A stretch of 64,000 nucleotides of DNA from Octopus sinensis (taxonomy: Eukaryota), in contig NC_043005.1 of NCBI RefSeq assembly GCF_006345805.1, positions 7,626,001 through 7,690,000 on the forward strand. Reading direction: 5' to 3'. Below the pieces are notes generated by a model, which did not search any database, was not told the origin of the DNA, and saw only the letters and a program-made list of their open reading frames with translations. The first letter of the stretch is position 1. Every line of letters starts with the position of its first letter. The translations under genes and the position numbers were made by a program. This document shows positions 38,870 to 53,584 of the stretch, one piece after another.

Positions 38870-40000
38870 ATTCCCGAAACCCGAACCCGAAACCTACGTG
38901 GTCTATTGGTCCGTAGTTCCCTCCTCTCCCCCACTCCCAACCATCCTGGATCCTTCCCTTGCCCCAGTCCTCGGTCTACACTTGTCTGTTCATCACCAAC
39001 ACCACCTCCCTCGCTGGAACCAAGGAACACACTATTCACATCTGGTACACCTGTATCTCTTCTAACATCATTTGCGGTTCATCATATGAGAAGTCAAAAA
39101 TTATCCGCACTTTTGCCATAACATATCTTTATTATTGTCACACTACCTTCTGCGCATGTCTGCTTATAGTTGGTACTATTTGTGGTCACATGATCGAAGT
39201 TTGAGCCTTATAGCGCCGTTTTCCTCTCTGGCTTTACAGTGTAAGCATGGCCGCTCCACTAGCAATGTATACCAAAGAAGAACAATGAGCAGTGATCCGA
39301 TTTCTCTGGTCGTAAGGTGTGTCAGGTGTTGAAATTCATCGGAGGCCTTTTGCACAATACGGGGACAGTGCACTACTGCGTAGAAATGTGTATGAATGGA
39401 TGGAGAAGTTTAAAAGTGGCCGGACAAAGGTGATGCACGAAGAGGGAGTAGGACGCTCGCCAGCCTCCACCACTGAGTAGAAGATTCAGCAAGTTCGAGA
39501 GATGGTAACGACGAGCCGGTTCACCATTAGCGTCTTTCGGATCACTGCTCTTTGTTTTTCTTTGGTGCACATTGCTAGTGGAACGGCCATGCTTACACTG
39601 TAAAGTTAGAAAGAAAAATGTCGTGATCAGGTTCAAACTTCGATCACGTGACCACAATAGTACCAACTATAAGCACGCATGCTCAGAAGGCAGTGTGACA
39701 ATAATAAAGATATGTTATGGCGAAAGTGCAGATAATTCTTGACTTCTCCTGGTATGTTGGACAGTGTGGCCGGTGTTTAACCGACAGATTTACAAAACAT
39801 TTACGAGAAATCTGCCTCCAAAAATATACCCTCGTCGCCTGTCACTTCTGCTCGACCATCTACTCCAGCAAACACCTCATTGTATTTGGCCTGGCCTTAC
39901 ACAATGGAGCCACCATCACAACCAGACTTCGCCAGGAGCAACAGAACATTTTCATCCTACGAACTCATATACTATTTGGGCTTAACACTTCTACTCCTTC
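38870..40000 (+). pseudogene. PLE GIY-YIG endonuclease remnant, split by a mariner fold-back
   Basis: RNLRGLLVRSSL..PGSFPC..YTCLFI..YTCISSNII | YVGQCGRCLTDRFTKHLREI..VACHF..RLRQEQ..IF.LRT..FGLN. Confidence 0.8.
39084..39753. mobile_element. Mariner-derived fold-back MITE (5' end duplicated in inverted orientation)
   Basis: ~210-bp inverted arms flank EEQ*AVIRFLWS..EIHRR..YGDSAL..VYEWMEKFKSGR. Confidence 0.85.
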
Positions 40001-40374
40001 ATGTAACAGCTTCCAACTTTCCTTCCGCTCTCATTCTTCTATTTTCCACACACCCACATACATAACTTACACTACTACACACAACATACATATTTACTAC
40101 CCCACCCACATTTACATATCATAGCACGTACAAAAACTCCTCGCTCACACCGACACACACACATACATAGACACCCATACGCAAGCACACACGCAACACA
40201 CACACAAACACATACACATATACACACACACAAACACATACGTACACACACAGCAGTACACATCCATATCCTAGCCTCTCGACCTCACGTCCTTTTACTG
40301 CTACAAGCCTGTTAAATTCTCTCTCTCTCCCCCTCTCTCTCTCACACACACACTCACATAAACACACATACTAC

Positions 40375-40520
40375 CATCCCAATATTGCTAAAACCAGAAA
40401 ATACAGGGGACAGGGCACCAAATGTAAGCTTTGTATCACTGAAAATCTAAATAAAGATAACAGCCTAAACATCAGGAATGAAACCTTCTCTTCCTGCATA
40501 CATAAGCAATATTTTACACT
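40375..40520 (+). pseudogene. Neptune-type PLE ORF C-terminus fragment
   Basis: KYRGQGTKCKLCITENL..SLNIRNETFSSCIHK fits the CxLCxxE..LNxRxE..CxH motif. Confidence 0.6.
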
Positions 40521-41643
40521 CCAGCATTTCATAGAGCAACCACCACCCACTCCGTCGATCCCACCAGAACAGCTTCTTTCCCTGAACGTGAATATTGAAT
40601 ATATACAACACACGAACTCCGCACATAGAAAATACATACCCCACTAATGAACTCCCTCAATGCACAAACATACGAACGTTACACATACCCAGAATATGAT
40701 ATAATATAATGCAAACAAATTCATCATCCAGCACAGTTTTTCTCCCGAAATTCCAATCGGGTATTTGTTTTTATTGAGATAATTAGCTGGTGGTCTGTTT
40801 CTAATAGGCGAAACGATCCTTCATTTAATGGGATTATATAAGAATCAAATTCAATATCTATATAATCTGAATATTCATAACTTCAGTATCATTAGTCTCC
40901 CAGTGCTTTAATTGTAAAGTGCTTTAATTGGTGTCGTGCAAGAGTAGCGCCCCTTGATTTCTTGTTTTCTTCACGAGACTTTATTGTGAATTCCAGAGAA
41001 CTTTCGTCTTTCCATCCAAAATGGAGACGAACACCATTCCTCCAAATGATCGGCTTGAAAAATTGTTGGGATATTAAGATATTTTCTGAACATGAAATCA
41101 ATGGTAACCTTAATACACCCCCACACACCTATACATATAGGATTAAACAGACAGAACACAACAAAGAGAAAAATTAGACGAATGCAGAACAAACGGGAAA
41201 CTAGACGAAAACTTAACAGGACGGGGAATATAGACAGAGACACCAAAAAACAGAATATTCACAGCTGAGTTATCCTCGTCAGTCAATGAACCAAAATATC
41301 AACGTGGTTTCGTGCCATTATCATTGAGACTACTCAATCCTGGAGGTGCCAGTGCTGTTATTAGGCTACTAGGAAAAAGCTAGCGAATGTATACTAAGAC
41401 AGAAACAAACAGGACATTATATAAATACAACGGACGAAGAATTATGCATATATAACAACACGAAGCCTTATGGCTATATACAACAGAAGAAAATAATAAT
41501 AATAATTATACAAATACCACAACTACAACAGAAAGAGCTTTGCGGTTATCAAAAGAACTTAGTGGCGTTGCATATAGACATGCATGCGTATACATATATG
41601 TAAACATACACATATATATGTGTGGGTGTCAGTGTGCGTATAG

Positions 41644-42018
41644 AAGCACTCCGTCGGTTACGACGACGAGGGTTCCGGTTGATCCGAATCAACGGAACAG
41701 CCTGCTCGTGAAATTAACGTGTAAGTGGCTGAGCACTCCACAGACACGTGTACCCTTAACGTAGTTCTCGGGGATATTCAGCGTGACACAGAGAGTGACA
41801 AGGCTGGCCCCTTGAAATACAGGTACAACAGAAACAGGAAGTAAGAGTGAGAGAAAGTTGTGGCGAAAGAGTACAGCAGGGATCACCACCATCCCCTGCC
41901 GGAGTCTCGTGGAGCTTTAGGTGTTTTCGCTCAATAAACACTCACAACGCCCGGTCTGGGAATCGAAACCGCGATCCTATGACCGCGAGTCCGCTTCCCT
42001 AACCACTGGGCCATTGCG
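41644..42018 (-). mobile_element. SINE family C
   Basis: TSD cagtgtgcgtata. Confidence 0.9.
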
Positions 42019-42034
42019 CAGTGTGCGTATACAT

Positions 42035-42330
42035 ATGGAATCTCCCGTCGAAAACGACGTTTAAGTGTCACTTTCGTTGGGCGGCTTGCACAAATGACTT
42101 GTTTATAGCGATTAAATGCATGTGCTGCACTTTTTCTCACACCCTGCATGAAATCGACGTTGTCTGGAACAGGTGCACGGTGCACTACATGTCAGGTGCT
42201 GAAAGGATTGCAGAGCAACGCGAGGTGGGGTGTTTTGCTCAAGAATACAACGCACAACCCAGTCTAGTAGTTGAAACCATGATCTCCAGATCGTTGGTGC
42301 CACACCCAAACCACTGGACCATGCACCCTC
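42035..42330 (-). mobile_element. Old CORE-like SINE
   Basis: tRNA-like head plus ttcttgagcaaaacac. Confidence 0.55.
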
Positions 42331-42454
42331 TGTGTGTGTGTGTGTGTGTGTGTGTGCGTGCGCGCGCGAACACTCACACACACACACACACACATGTGCA
42401 CGGTATCTTACTCATGCTGTCAAAAACGACATTTAAAAGAAATAAGCTGGAAAT

Positions 42455-42685
42455 ACCTATTACTTTACTACCCACAAGGGGCTAAACACAGAGAGGACAA
42501 ACAAGGACAGACATAGGCATTAAGTCGATTACATCGACCTCAGTTCGTAACTGGTACTTAATTTATCGACCCCGAAAGGATGAAAGGCAAAGTCGACCTC
42601 GGCGGAATTTGAACTCACAACGTAACGCAGACGAAATACCGCTAAGCATTTCGCTCGGCGTGCTAACGTTTCTGCCAGTTCGCCA
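42455..42685 (-). mobile_element. SINE family B
   Basis: Full-length reverse copy. Confidence 0.9.
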
Positions 42686-43237
42686 TGTAACAAACGCATT
42701 GACATTCATCCTATATCTCTGATATAGACTTGTATAGTAAGAATAATTGAATTTTTAAAAATGATAGAAAATTTTATATAAATTGATTTAATAGTTTCTT
42801 GATGCTAAAGTAAAAAAAAAATTATTTAATAGGTGAAGATTTCTCCAACTAGTATTTTATTAAATCATTGGTGAGTCTGCATCGTCAAAAGTGACAACGT
42901 TTCACACATATATTAAAAATAATTCATATTCATGACTTTTGCCAAGGAATGCGGAAAAACTCTGTGAAGTTTACTTCCCATAATTCAGTTACTTTGGTTG
43001 ATATGGGAATAATATCGGCGACAAAATGCTTTGAACATTTCCGTTTCTAAAAGTAGTTGAACTTGTGACACAGTCCTTTCGCTAAACTACTTGAAAAAAA
43101 AATTATGTAAATATTAAATAGTAGTTCTCTGAAGCTATTTCCCCTTCGTCTGTCTCCCTCCTGCCGTGGCACTTTAGTGGAGCAGAAAATAAATAATATC
43201 TATACATATAAATTACACAACGAAATTTATCATAGAA

Positions 43238-43268
<31 letters not shown>

Positions 43269-43338
43269 GCACTTATGCATGCGCGAGCATGTGTATGTGA
43301 GTGTGTGTGTGTGCTGTGTTGCCAAACCCTGAACAACA

Positions 43339-43339
<1 letters not shown>

Positions 43340-43410
<71 letters not shown>
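43340..43410. repeat. (TATC)n microsatellite
   Basis: Read directly from the sequence. Confidence 0.95.
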
Positions 43411-43412
<2 letters not shown>

Positions 43413-45599
43413 CATCAACTTCTTCAAGTACCACTTGAAAAGGAAAGTGAGAGTAGAGAGGCAAGTTTTGTCTAGCGAATGTTTTAAAAAAAGATGGGTG
43501 AATGTAGCAAGAATGGCACGTATGAATGACGAAGCCACCTTGAGCATGATCCTATGAACCCAGAAATTGAAAACAGAGAGTTGCTTATTTGCAAAAAAAA
43601 AAAAAGAAATATAACATGTGACTCCATTGACCGAGGTTACCGTGGTCTTTTCCGTAGGCTTTTCTTTCCACGGGTAAACCTCACCTGTCCTCCCCTTTAC
43701 ACTTCATATTGACATTTCTGTGATAACGATCCCTATTGATCAATTTTTTTTTCCTCTTCCCCTTTTTTTTAACCCCCTGCACCTATAATTTAAGCCCAGT
43801 TTTGTACCAGTGTGTCGTGCTGATTCCATTTTAGAATCATGTTAAAGATACACGTCTATAGAATACTCTGGCACTTCGCGCTCTAATTCTAGAATTACTC
43901 GAACAGATGGTTGTTCATATGTCGATCTCGAGGGCATAGTCCGTAGTTCATCTCTATATCTCCCCTACCCCCTCTCTCTCACACACCTGTAGATATTAAA
44001 ACAGTTGAATTCATTCATAATTCTTTTCCATTTTACTAATTTGAAAAAGAAAAATATCCTTGCCTACACTCATAATTCTCCGTCTTTCTACTTTGTATTT
44101 CTCCTTACACCGCTCTCTTTGTGATTTATAAAAAGTAATTTGTTCTGAAAAAAATATAAACAAAAATAAAAAAAACGTATCTGATTTCTATAAATAATTA
44201 AAATTTAATTTATAATGATGAGATCAATTAAGATCGAAATACGTATATGTAATTGGAAGTTTATTATCGTTATAATTAAAAAATAACATGAAATAGATCT
44301 CTCATTTGTAGTGTATTGTATTTGCTCAGGTTCTACACGTTCTGTGTTAAAATAGTTTGGTGTCAAATTTGCCTTTCCTTCCTCCGGACTCGATGAAATA
44401 AAGTACTAGCCAAGTACCGAAGTCGAATTAATCGACTAACCGCTGCCCGCGAGTGGCAGGCTTTGTGCCTTTATCACAGACTGTTATAATTAATACTACG
44501 AAAAAAGTTAACTTTGAATACATTTTTTTCTTTATAAAAAAGCCCGCCACCCAGCAAAAAAGACAAAAAATAAAAAAAATCAAGAAAATATAAACAAATA
44601 GGCTATCCAAAAAATACTTGTTAAAGTAAAGGATTCTCAATCATTACTGAATAATAATTAATAATGGGTTCATAAATGTGTGTCAGAACAGGGTGGAATG
44701 CGAAAGCAATAACCAGAAGACCGCAAAAAGCCAAATGGATATCTCACTCGCCTAACATGTATACACAAGTGAAATATGGCTGGAAAAAAAAAGACAAAAA
44801 CCCAATAAAAATGGAAAAGACTGAATTTGAACAATTGAATTTGAGAAAAGAATATTGAGAAAGAATAATAGCTCTAAAAGCTATAGAAATAAACCCAAAA
44901 TTGAATCCATTCAACATCTGACTCTTTCGCTCAATTTCTTTCCTACTATTTTTTTTTACCACTTCTTCCTGTCTTTCTGCTGTTTCAAAACAGCAAACAA
45001 TTTTTGCATTTGCATTCATTATACTCTGTTCTCCACTGTTTGTCTGCCTCTGTCTGTCTGTCTCTTTCCCTACCTTTCTAACTTGGAACGAAAAAGACTT
45101 TCTGATGAGAGAGAGAAAAAACAAAACGAAATAAAAACTAATCAGATTTTCATGAATAATTAAAATTCAATATTACACTGAGATCAATTAAGATCGAAGT
45201 AAGTATAATGTAATTAGAATTTTATTATCATTACTACACTGAAATAAACACGAAACTGATTTAACACAATTCTGAAGTCACAATATTATTATTATTAAGA
45301 AGAAAAGGCTTTCTTGATATCTGTTGTTTACGCATTATTCACTGCAAACCATCCAGACAACGGAGGTAGATAAACCGATATGATATTCTAGGAGACAAAT
45401 TTATCGATATAGTTTTTCTTACTGTTATATTTAGTCGATTTGCATTGTCGGTTCTATCGGTATAAATTGTAAAATCACAGTCTTAGTGATTTGTTGGGAA
45501 GGTGTTTATACCAATTTATAGACATTCCCATGGTGCTTGCAGATTTTCCAATGTATGTATTGTCTTATCTGCCAGTGCCTCTTTTGTACTCGTTAGCAG

Positions 45600-47330
45600 C
45601 CATTAATGAATACCCAGAAACAAAGGGGTCGATCATTTATACCTGGGTACGACATAATCTACACTTTGAGTCTGTTCCGTTCCTAAGTATATTTGCCTGG
45701 TAATTGCGGATTGATAAAGGTTGGTCTTGAACTGAGGCTGTTAACCCTTCAGTTTCTGCCTTTAACCCAGCACTTCGCAACCACTGATTGGTGAGAAATT
45801 TGTCAATATCAGCTTCATCGGTGCATGCTAGGTATTGGCAGTGCAAGGGCTTAGCTTGCCAGCATTGTTTGCTTGTTCTAAGCCTTTTCTCTATTGCTTT
45901 TCTTTTGGTTATTTTTGCAGCTTGGGTTGGTGAGGTTTCTCCGTTCTGGATGCTCATATTTTCTAAACTAAGCCCGTTTAAAACTTTTTAGCTTCTTAGT
46001 TTTGTTTATTTTCATGTTATTTATTTCATTTTTGTTTTAAAAACAGGACTATCATTCAGTCAGTTATAGTATCAAGATATGCTTCAAGACCGATGGCGAT
46101 TATTTTGAAAGATATTTCAAGTGAAACGAGATCTCTGTTGCCTTCATTCCAAGGGAGATATAATTGTTCAATGTCAGTTTTAAGAAGGTGCATATTGTAG
46201 AATGTGAGGAGTTTTCTGGTTTTCACATTCTACCTTTTGATGTCTTAGTTCAAAAAATTATGTTGAAGCTATACTTAATAACTGGTATCACTAGAGTATT
46301 TGTTGCCTTAAACCGGTTTTGTGAATTAAGGATAAGACTTATTCTTTTGGAGCACTCTATTTAATATTTTCTTCCATTTGGAGGTGCATTCTACCACCGC
46401 CGTTGACACCAAAGTATTTTCATGTTTCTTCTTGTTCAATCTTTCTGATGGTGATTGGTATGTCAAGATCAATGGGAGGTACGAGAGTAACCCTACCATT
46501 CTCAAGTCTTACTTTGCACATTTTCTAAACTAAACTCCATATCTCTGTCATAACTAAAGCTTTTTACGGTTGTGCAAAGATCTTGCTCACTATCGTTTTA
46601 GCTTATAACTTTCGGTCGTCTCTATAGGAAAAGTAATTGATTGTCTTGCTTTCTATTATGTAATCTAATTTGGCATTATTGAGCTAAATAAATAAAGGAA
46701 CGAAACAAATACAGAAGAGAGGAAAGAGAATCCCTTTGAAAAATACCATCGCTAATTTTTATGCTGTTTCATTTGCTTATCTGTTTACTGTGGTGCATCA
46801 GAAGTTTTGCGTTCCATATAGCCATATTGTGCTCTAGAAATTTTGAAATTACTCGTAAGATTCTGTATATTTTTCATACACGGGCAATCTAAATAAGAGG
46901 TACACTATCCAAGGTATTCCGATAGTTTATCCACGCATCGCTTAGTTTTCGTTTCCCATCATGACAGTTTTCAAGCATGAGAAGTGAACCTATGCAGCGA
47001 TATGAACCTCTTTTACAGCTCTCTTATTCAAGAAAAACCATATTATTTTCTATAGATATATTATACATCTATTCTGTTATGATGGATGTAAGTAATTCAT
47101 ATTTAGTAGATAGGTGAGTGAGCGGCCTATTGTTCTTTGGGCTACGTATCTAGTCGGATTTATAAAGAAGAAAAGTTATGTATTCCGTTAATCACAGGGT
47201 GCTTCGGAAGGATTTTTCATTAAATAAAAAAGAAAAAAGACTTAGCTAAAAGATTAGATAAGCAACAGTTTGAAATTTCATTTATTCCTGGGGACTTCCA
47301 GTTTCGAGTATCTAAGAGCTATTTATATAT
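45600..47330 (-). mobile_element. R4/Dong-like non-LTR retrotransposon, decayed
   Basis: AWINYRNTLDSVP, GIFQRDSLSSLLFC, and WLRSAGLKAETEGL..QDQPL..RNYQ..DSKCRLC; many stops. Confidence 0.8.
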
Positions 47331-48997
47331 TTTCTTTATAGATACTCTTATATATCTGCTGTGGAAACTTACTGGAAAGTGTGATGAGTGATCCCCGTAC
47401 ATGGGTTTGCTCTGTAGTTATTTCTATATAATGTGGTTATTGTACATTGTTAATTTGATGTGCGATTAATTTACAATTTGTCTTTGAGTTGTATGATAGT
47501 TTCATTAGTACACATTGGACAATGTAGTTCCTGGTATCTCTAAAAGACGAGGCAGTCACTATTAGAGAATCTTTGATCATATGCCTGCTCTATTAGGGCC
47601 GATGCGAGGATAAACATTAGCAACAGCAAAAACTACTAAGCTCTGTTCTTGCAATATTTATCTTAAGGGCAGTAGATTAGGAGAACAGGTACAATGACAA
47701 ACAAAATGTATTGTGGTATTTAGTTGAATTCATATTTCAGTGGTGATTTTGAACTCGACTAAATACCGACCTAATCAACTCTTTATTTAGATTTAAGGCC
47801 TTGTGTCAAAAATCAATATTTACCTTAATGGATATAATGTTGTGAAACAGTCATTTACTCAATGTCATGATATTTACCCCAAAGCAAGTAATCACTTCTT
47901 GATAAACACCTCATAGACGGTCGTTCTCAATTCCAACTAACAATCAAGCAAAAAGTTAACTAAATCGTCTCAGAGAGAAAATTTTATTTACGATGTCGTC
48001 CAAATTAGGAGGAATGTCCGTGGATTCACTGAACAGTGACAGACCTGTCGTGTCATTCCTGAAGAGATTGTAATTACGCTAATACCGCCAGAGATTTTCA
48101 GCAAATTTCCTTGAATTTTACACGAATTATCTAACATTGGATGCAACTATCCATGAACCGACCTGTCAGATGAAATTTGGCATTACTAAAATAATCGTTT
48201 AATTAAAATACAATGTTCTAACACTCACTTGTTAATGAGGCTTAATAGAATTTATCATACGACAATGGTTCGAGACTCGTGCAACTAATTCACTTGATAT
48301 ACATATTAGAATTTGTATTCAGCGTAGAAAATTTTCCAGGCTGGTATGTAACTATACTGATCTTACACTTGTACTAAAGTTCTCTATAGATATGGAAATC
48401 AATGTTTTTGGAGATGTACACTGAGATCATCTGTTCTATAGATATGAAAGTCTCCAGACCTGCGCATGTTGCAGCATCAAAAGAAATGAGTTCAGAGAGT
48501 TTGGTAATTAAATTATTTCAATTGAGAAAGTCAATGATTAGATTATTGGTTAGGACTAGTGGTATGGTTTTGGAAAGTTAGTGTTTATCTCTGGATTCAT
48601 GAGTTAAGAAGTAGTAAAGAAACAATTTCAGTTGTTGAAATTATAGGACACCAGCATAGTGTAAGCAGCCTTCGTACTAGTTTTCCGTTCTGCATTGTTA
48701 CTTGTTAATCATTATTAACTGCTTCGATAATCTTAGCCAACCCGAGTTTTTCAACTCACTATGTGAGTTGAAAAAATTGGATTAGCTTAGATTATCTCTA
48801 GTTAACAAAACTCCTTAATATCTAAAAAAAAAATAATAACAAGCCCCTCTCCATACCCCAGATAAATGACAGATCTTTTCATGTTAGTCCTTTGTCGACT
48901 GGCTTACAAACCGTGAAACTCAGGGCAATTTCCTTTATTTTCCGCGATACGAAAAGAATAGCTAAGTATATTTACATCTGTATAGAGTTTCACTGTG

Positions 48998-49557
<560 letters not shown>

Positions 49558-49881
49558 CCCTGGTTGCGTTTTCGCAACACTAAACCTGTCCCTACTTGTT
49601 TGGACATGACTGAGCATACGAAATGTTCAGTTGGTAGTCGACATCCGTAGCTAACAATTTCATACTGTGCTTCTCTTCCAGATTGTGAAAGCTTACCATA
49701 ACGTTTAATCTAAATACAGTGAAAGTTTAAGACTTCATTTTTTTATGGGCATATATGAATTAGTTACTGTAGTAGTTTACTTTCAATTCATCTTTGGTAC
49801 CTAATACATTCTGTGGTGAGAAAAATGTCTTGTAATTACGGTCAGTAGAGCAGGAGTAATTATATGACCCTGTTTTATACC

Positions 49882-50110
49882 TATTTCTTTATTACCCACA
49901 AGGGGCTAAACACAGAGAGGACAAACAAGGACAGACAAAGGAATTAAGTCGATTACATCGACCCCAGTGCGTAACTGGTACTTAATTTATCGACCTCAAA
50001 AGAATGAAAGGCAAAGTCGACCGCAGTAGAATTTGAACTCACAACGTAACGGCAGACGAAATACCACTAAGCATTTCGCTCGGCGTGCTAACGTTTCTGC
50101 CAGCTCGATG
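49882..50110 (-). mobile_element. SINE family B
   Basis: TSD cctgttttatacc. Confidence 0.9.
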
Positions 50111-50849
50111 CCTGTTTTATACCATCCCTAATTATAAACGGGTCTGAGCATTCTCCGTTAATTAAAACAGTCGTGGCCTACTGGTTAGGGTTTTGCACTC
50201 ACAATCGCCAGTTCGTGGACTGGATTCCCGGATCGTGGGGCCATTTGTATTCTTGAAGAAACTATTTCATTTCACGTTGCTCTAGTGCTGTGTGGGGACC
50301 GACATATCAAAGAATAGACCCAACGTTTTCTTTGCATGTCGTAAAAGGCGACTAGAAGAGGTTGCGGTAAGATTTGCTCTCCCGACCGCGTAATACCCTC
50401 ACCAGCAACTACTACCCAAACAAACCCATAGATTGGAGGGTTGTCACCTGAGAACGAAATCTAAAAGAGACGAGTCAACGCTTGAAAAGTAATTTAGTAA
50501 ATCCCTAAGACATTCTCAGCATAGCTGAAAGATAAATATTATTTAAGCTTTAATAAGTATTTTGCTATCCTTAGTCCTAATGGCAGCGCAACCGATTGAG
50601 CGAGAACCATAAACTTGACTTGTAAGAGAGTAAGTTTTCATAATACTCTTTTCTTCGTATACTTTCTAAAGATCACAGGCACTACCAATCTACCACTTAT
50701 ATCTCACGCTTCTGGTTTCCTTTTGAATTTTTGAATTAGCTGTAGTTTTATATTGGGTCAATAAATTTTCATTATGATAGTTATTTATGTAGGTCTCTTT
50801 GCAACGATAAATTTTGTATGTGTTTATAATTATAGTCAAAGCAGCAATT

Positions 50850-51760
50850 TATTTTGGACTTTGTAACCTACAATATTTCTTTTGAAATTTGGTAAACCGC
50901 TTTTTGAAGACATATTTCGCATCGTCCTTTTAACTCTTGATTAACAGAATTTTCCATAACGTTTGTAACATCAAGCGTATTTCAAGCGTTGAAAATTTTA
51001 TTTTCTAGTGTTGGCTTTTATTTTGAAGTTCAGTTTAGTTCATACAAGATGCCTGTGTCAACGTGCTGCTCAAAATTAGAGCACCTAAATTAATTACTTC
51101 TAATTAGAACATAAGTTTTGTGCCATGCTTTGGATCCTGAATGCATCCAAGTTGGTTTGTGAAACTCTTTAAATTCAAAGAAAGTATTATAAGCAGACAA
51201 AGAAAGTATTATAATTCTGTACATATTCGTTGTAAAAAGACACTATTCAAATTTGATTTTGTTTCCTCATGATGTCCTAAACAGTTCCATATTTCACAAT
51301 TTTTACCAACTTTCATATTGAAATCCCCAAGAATTACTACGTTGTCTCCAACTAAAATTTTCTGAATAATAACTTTTAGTCGAACAATAAACAGATTCTT
51401 TTGATTCAGGAGAACCGTTAATTGTTGGTGTATAAACACTGATGAACGTTACTGAGTGACACATGATGGAGACACAAACATAAATCTATTATTAAACGAG
51501 ATGGTAGTTCAGTAAGGTATGGCGTTAATGTTTTAACTGTCAAACTAACACCAGAGTCCATCATCAGATATCTTTTCAATACCACTAAAAAACAAAACAA
51601 AAGTGTAACCAGAGCATATTTCGGTACATCGACACTCACCAGCAAAACTGTTTTCAGATAAGGCGACAATATCCAGCCTGTAAAGCAGTTTTTGCTTCGG
51701 AAGGTATTTATCATTCCAAGTTCTTATATACCAACAGCTAACTATAGGATCAGATAGGTT
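50850..51760 (-). mobile_element. RTE/BovB-type LINE AP-endonuclease remnant
   Basis: LDIVALSENSFAGE...SGYTF, FISVYTPT, VVILGDFNMKVG. Confidence 0.75.
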
Positions 51761-51982
51761 TTTTGACAGTCACTTAATAACAACCTTGATTCAGTTCTCT
51801 TTTACTTGGAATCCCTGCCAATACAAACTTAGGAGATCGAGTTTCACAAGCTGTTTTTGATATTAACATTATTTTGAGAATTTTACATTTCATAAATTTG
51901 ATTAGGATTTTGTGTTCGAAGGCTACTATCAGGCATACATTATCTAAAATAATGTATAAAATAAATAAATGTGTATAAGAAT

Positions 51983-52058
<76 letters not shown>

Positions 52059-52060
52059 TA

Positions 52061-52094
<34 letters not shown>

Positions 52095-52390
52095 CATACA
52101 TATATATAACAATACTATATATTACTATATCAGGTAATTTTAAGATAATTCAACACAATTCAGTGACCTATCTATGTTAACAAGCTACATCTATGTACGG
52201 ATAAAAGCATAAAAAGAGCATGTGATTTTCCTAGCAACACACTGCCTTATTTGACTATATGTAAAAATCATACACAAAAGACCAAAGTAAACACTATGAT
52301 CATTAAGTATCGCAAATGATTGCAGAGCAAAGATACATAGATGAACAACCAGCAGGTGTATTAGTTTGACGCTCGGGAAAGTGAAAAAGT

Positions 52391-52426
52391 CTTTTACGTT
52401 TCGAGCCTACGCTCTTCAAAAGAAAG
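52391..52426 (-). ncRNA. Degenerate PLE hammerhead motif
   Basis: cttt-CTTTTGA-a gagc gtag gctc-GAAA-cg-TA-aaag. Confidence 0.45.
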
Positions 52427-52925
52427 GAACAGGAGAAAATAAACAGAGAGAGAAAAAAATCTTGTGGATTTATCGGTCAAGCATGGCAAATGAGAGAAAA
52501 ATGTTGGCTGTATAATATACATATGTATGTAGTGCAAATAGGGGTCTTGTGAAGTGCGTCATGGTATATTTTAGCAACGAGGGGTAGTATGTGTGTATGA
52601 GTGTGTGTGGGGTACTAGAGGCACTGACAATTTATTTTCGGGTTCCGTATAAATTTACGAGAACAAGTAGAATGCATGAAATATTGGAAAGAAGGTTAAA
52701 TACATAGACACATTCGCACACAAACCCACACAAACTCAAACCCACATGCGCATGTATAGGTAAAGGAAGTTTTCCTAAAACCTGTAAACATTAATTGACG
52801 GAAATGTTTTAATAATTTTATTGTCTGAGATTTGGAAATCTCGCCAGGGATTGGCCTCTTTTCTAGGTATGCTTATAAGTATGTATATGCTTGTATGCAT
52901 GCATACATGTATGTATACACACGTG

Positions 52926-52950
<25 letters not shown>

Positions 52951-52957
<7 letters not shown>

Positions 52958-53180
52958 ATTTAAAGCAGCAGAAAATTCAACAAAACCTGTTACTCTGAGT
53001 TTCCCGTTGCCGTTCATCGGACAGTTTTTGCAAAAACTGTCCGATGAACGGCAACGGGTAACTCAGAGTAACAGGTTTTGTTGAATTTTCTGCTGCTTTG
53101 AATAAAGTATATTACTCTACCACTGGTATTTGAGTACTCTTTTTTCCACCTTGTTTCACATTTATGTGTTTACTCCGGTA
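52951..53180. mobile_element. PLE terminus: loopless 160-bp palindrome (52951-53110) containing a hammerhead variant
   Basis: Centre tttttg|caaaaa; ctgt-CCGATGA-acg gcaa cgg-GAAA-ctcagag-TA-acag on the minus strand at 52987-53024; within (TA)n. Confidence 0.75.
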
Positions 53181-53531
53181 TATATATATATATATATATA
53201 AGATCCGCCGCAATGGATGCATAATACTGTACATTTCGATTAATATTATAATTAGTTAATAAATCGTATAGTGTACCTCGGGTAGTTTGCTGGTAAAGCA
53301 CGTTCACCGGCTCAGTGTTCGTTGGGTATTTGTTTAATGAAAGAGACGGAAGATGGCAGATACAAGAATCTTTACTTCTAGATGTGTCTTCTCAGATGAT
53401 TTCAAGAGGTAACTCATTAAAATAATTTCTGTTTCGCATGATTTCTTCTTGGTCTTCGTATATAGAAATGGCAAATTAAGGTACACAACTTCATTCTTAT
53501 AGAAAACCATAACAAGTATCTACACCGAGGG

Positions 53532-53580
<49 letters not shown>

Positions 53581-53584
<4 letters not shown>

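Noticed and set aside
48727-48797. Short hairpin (also 59940-60060) as a pre-miRNA
   Set aside because: AT-rich imperfect inverted repeats with no supporting evidence in a MITE-rich genome.
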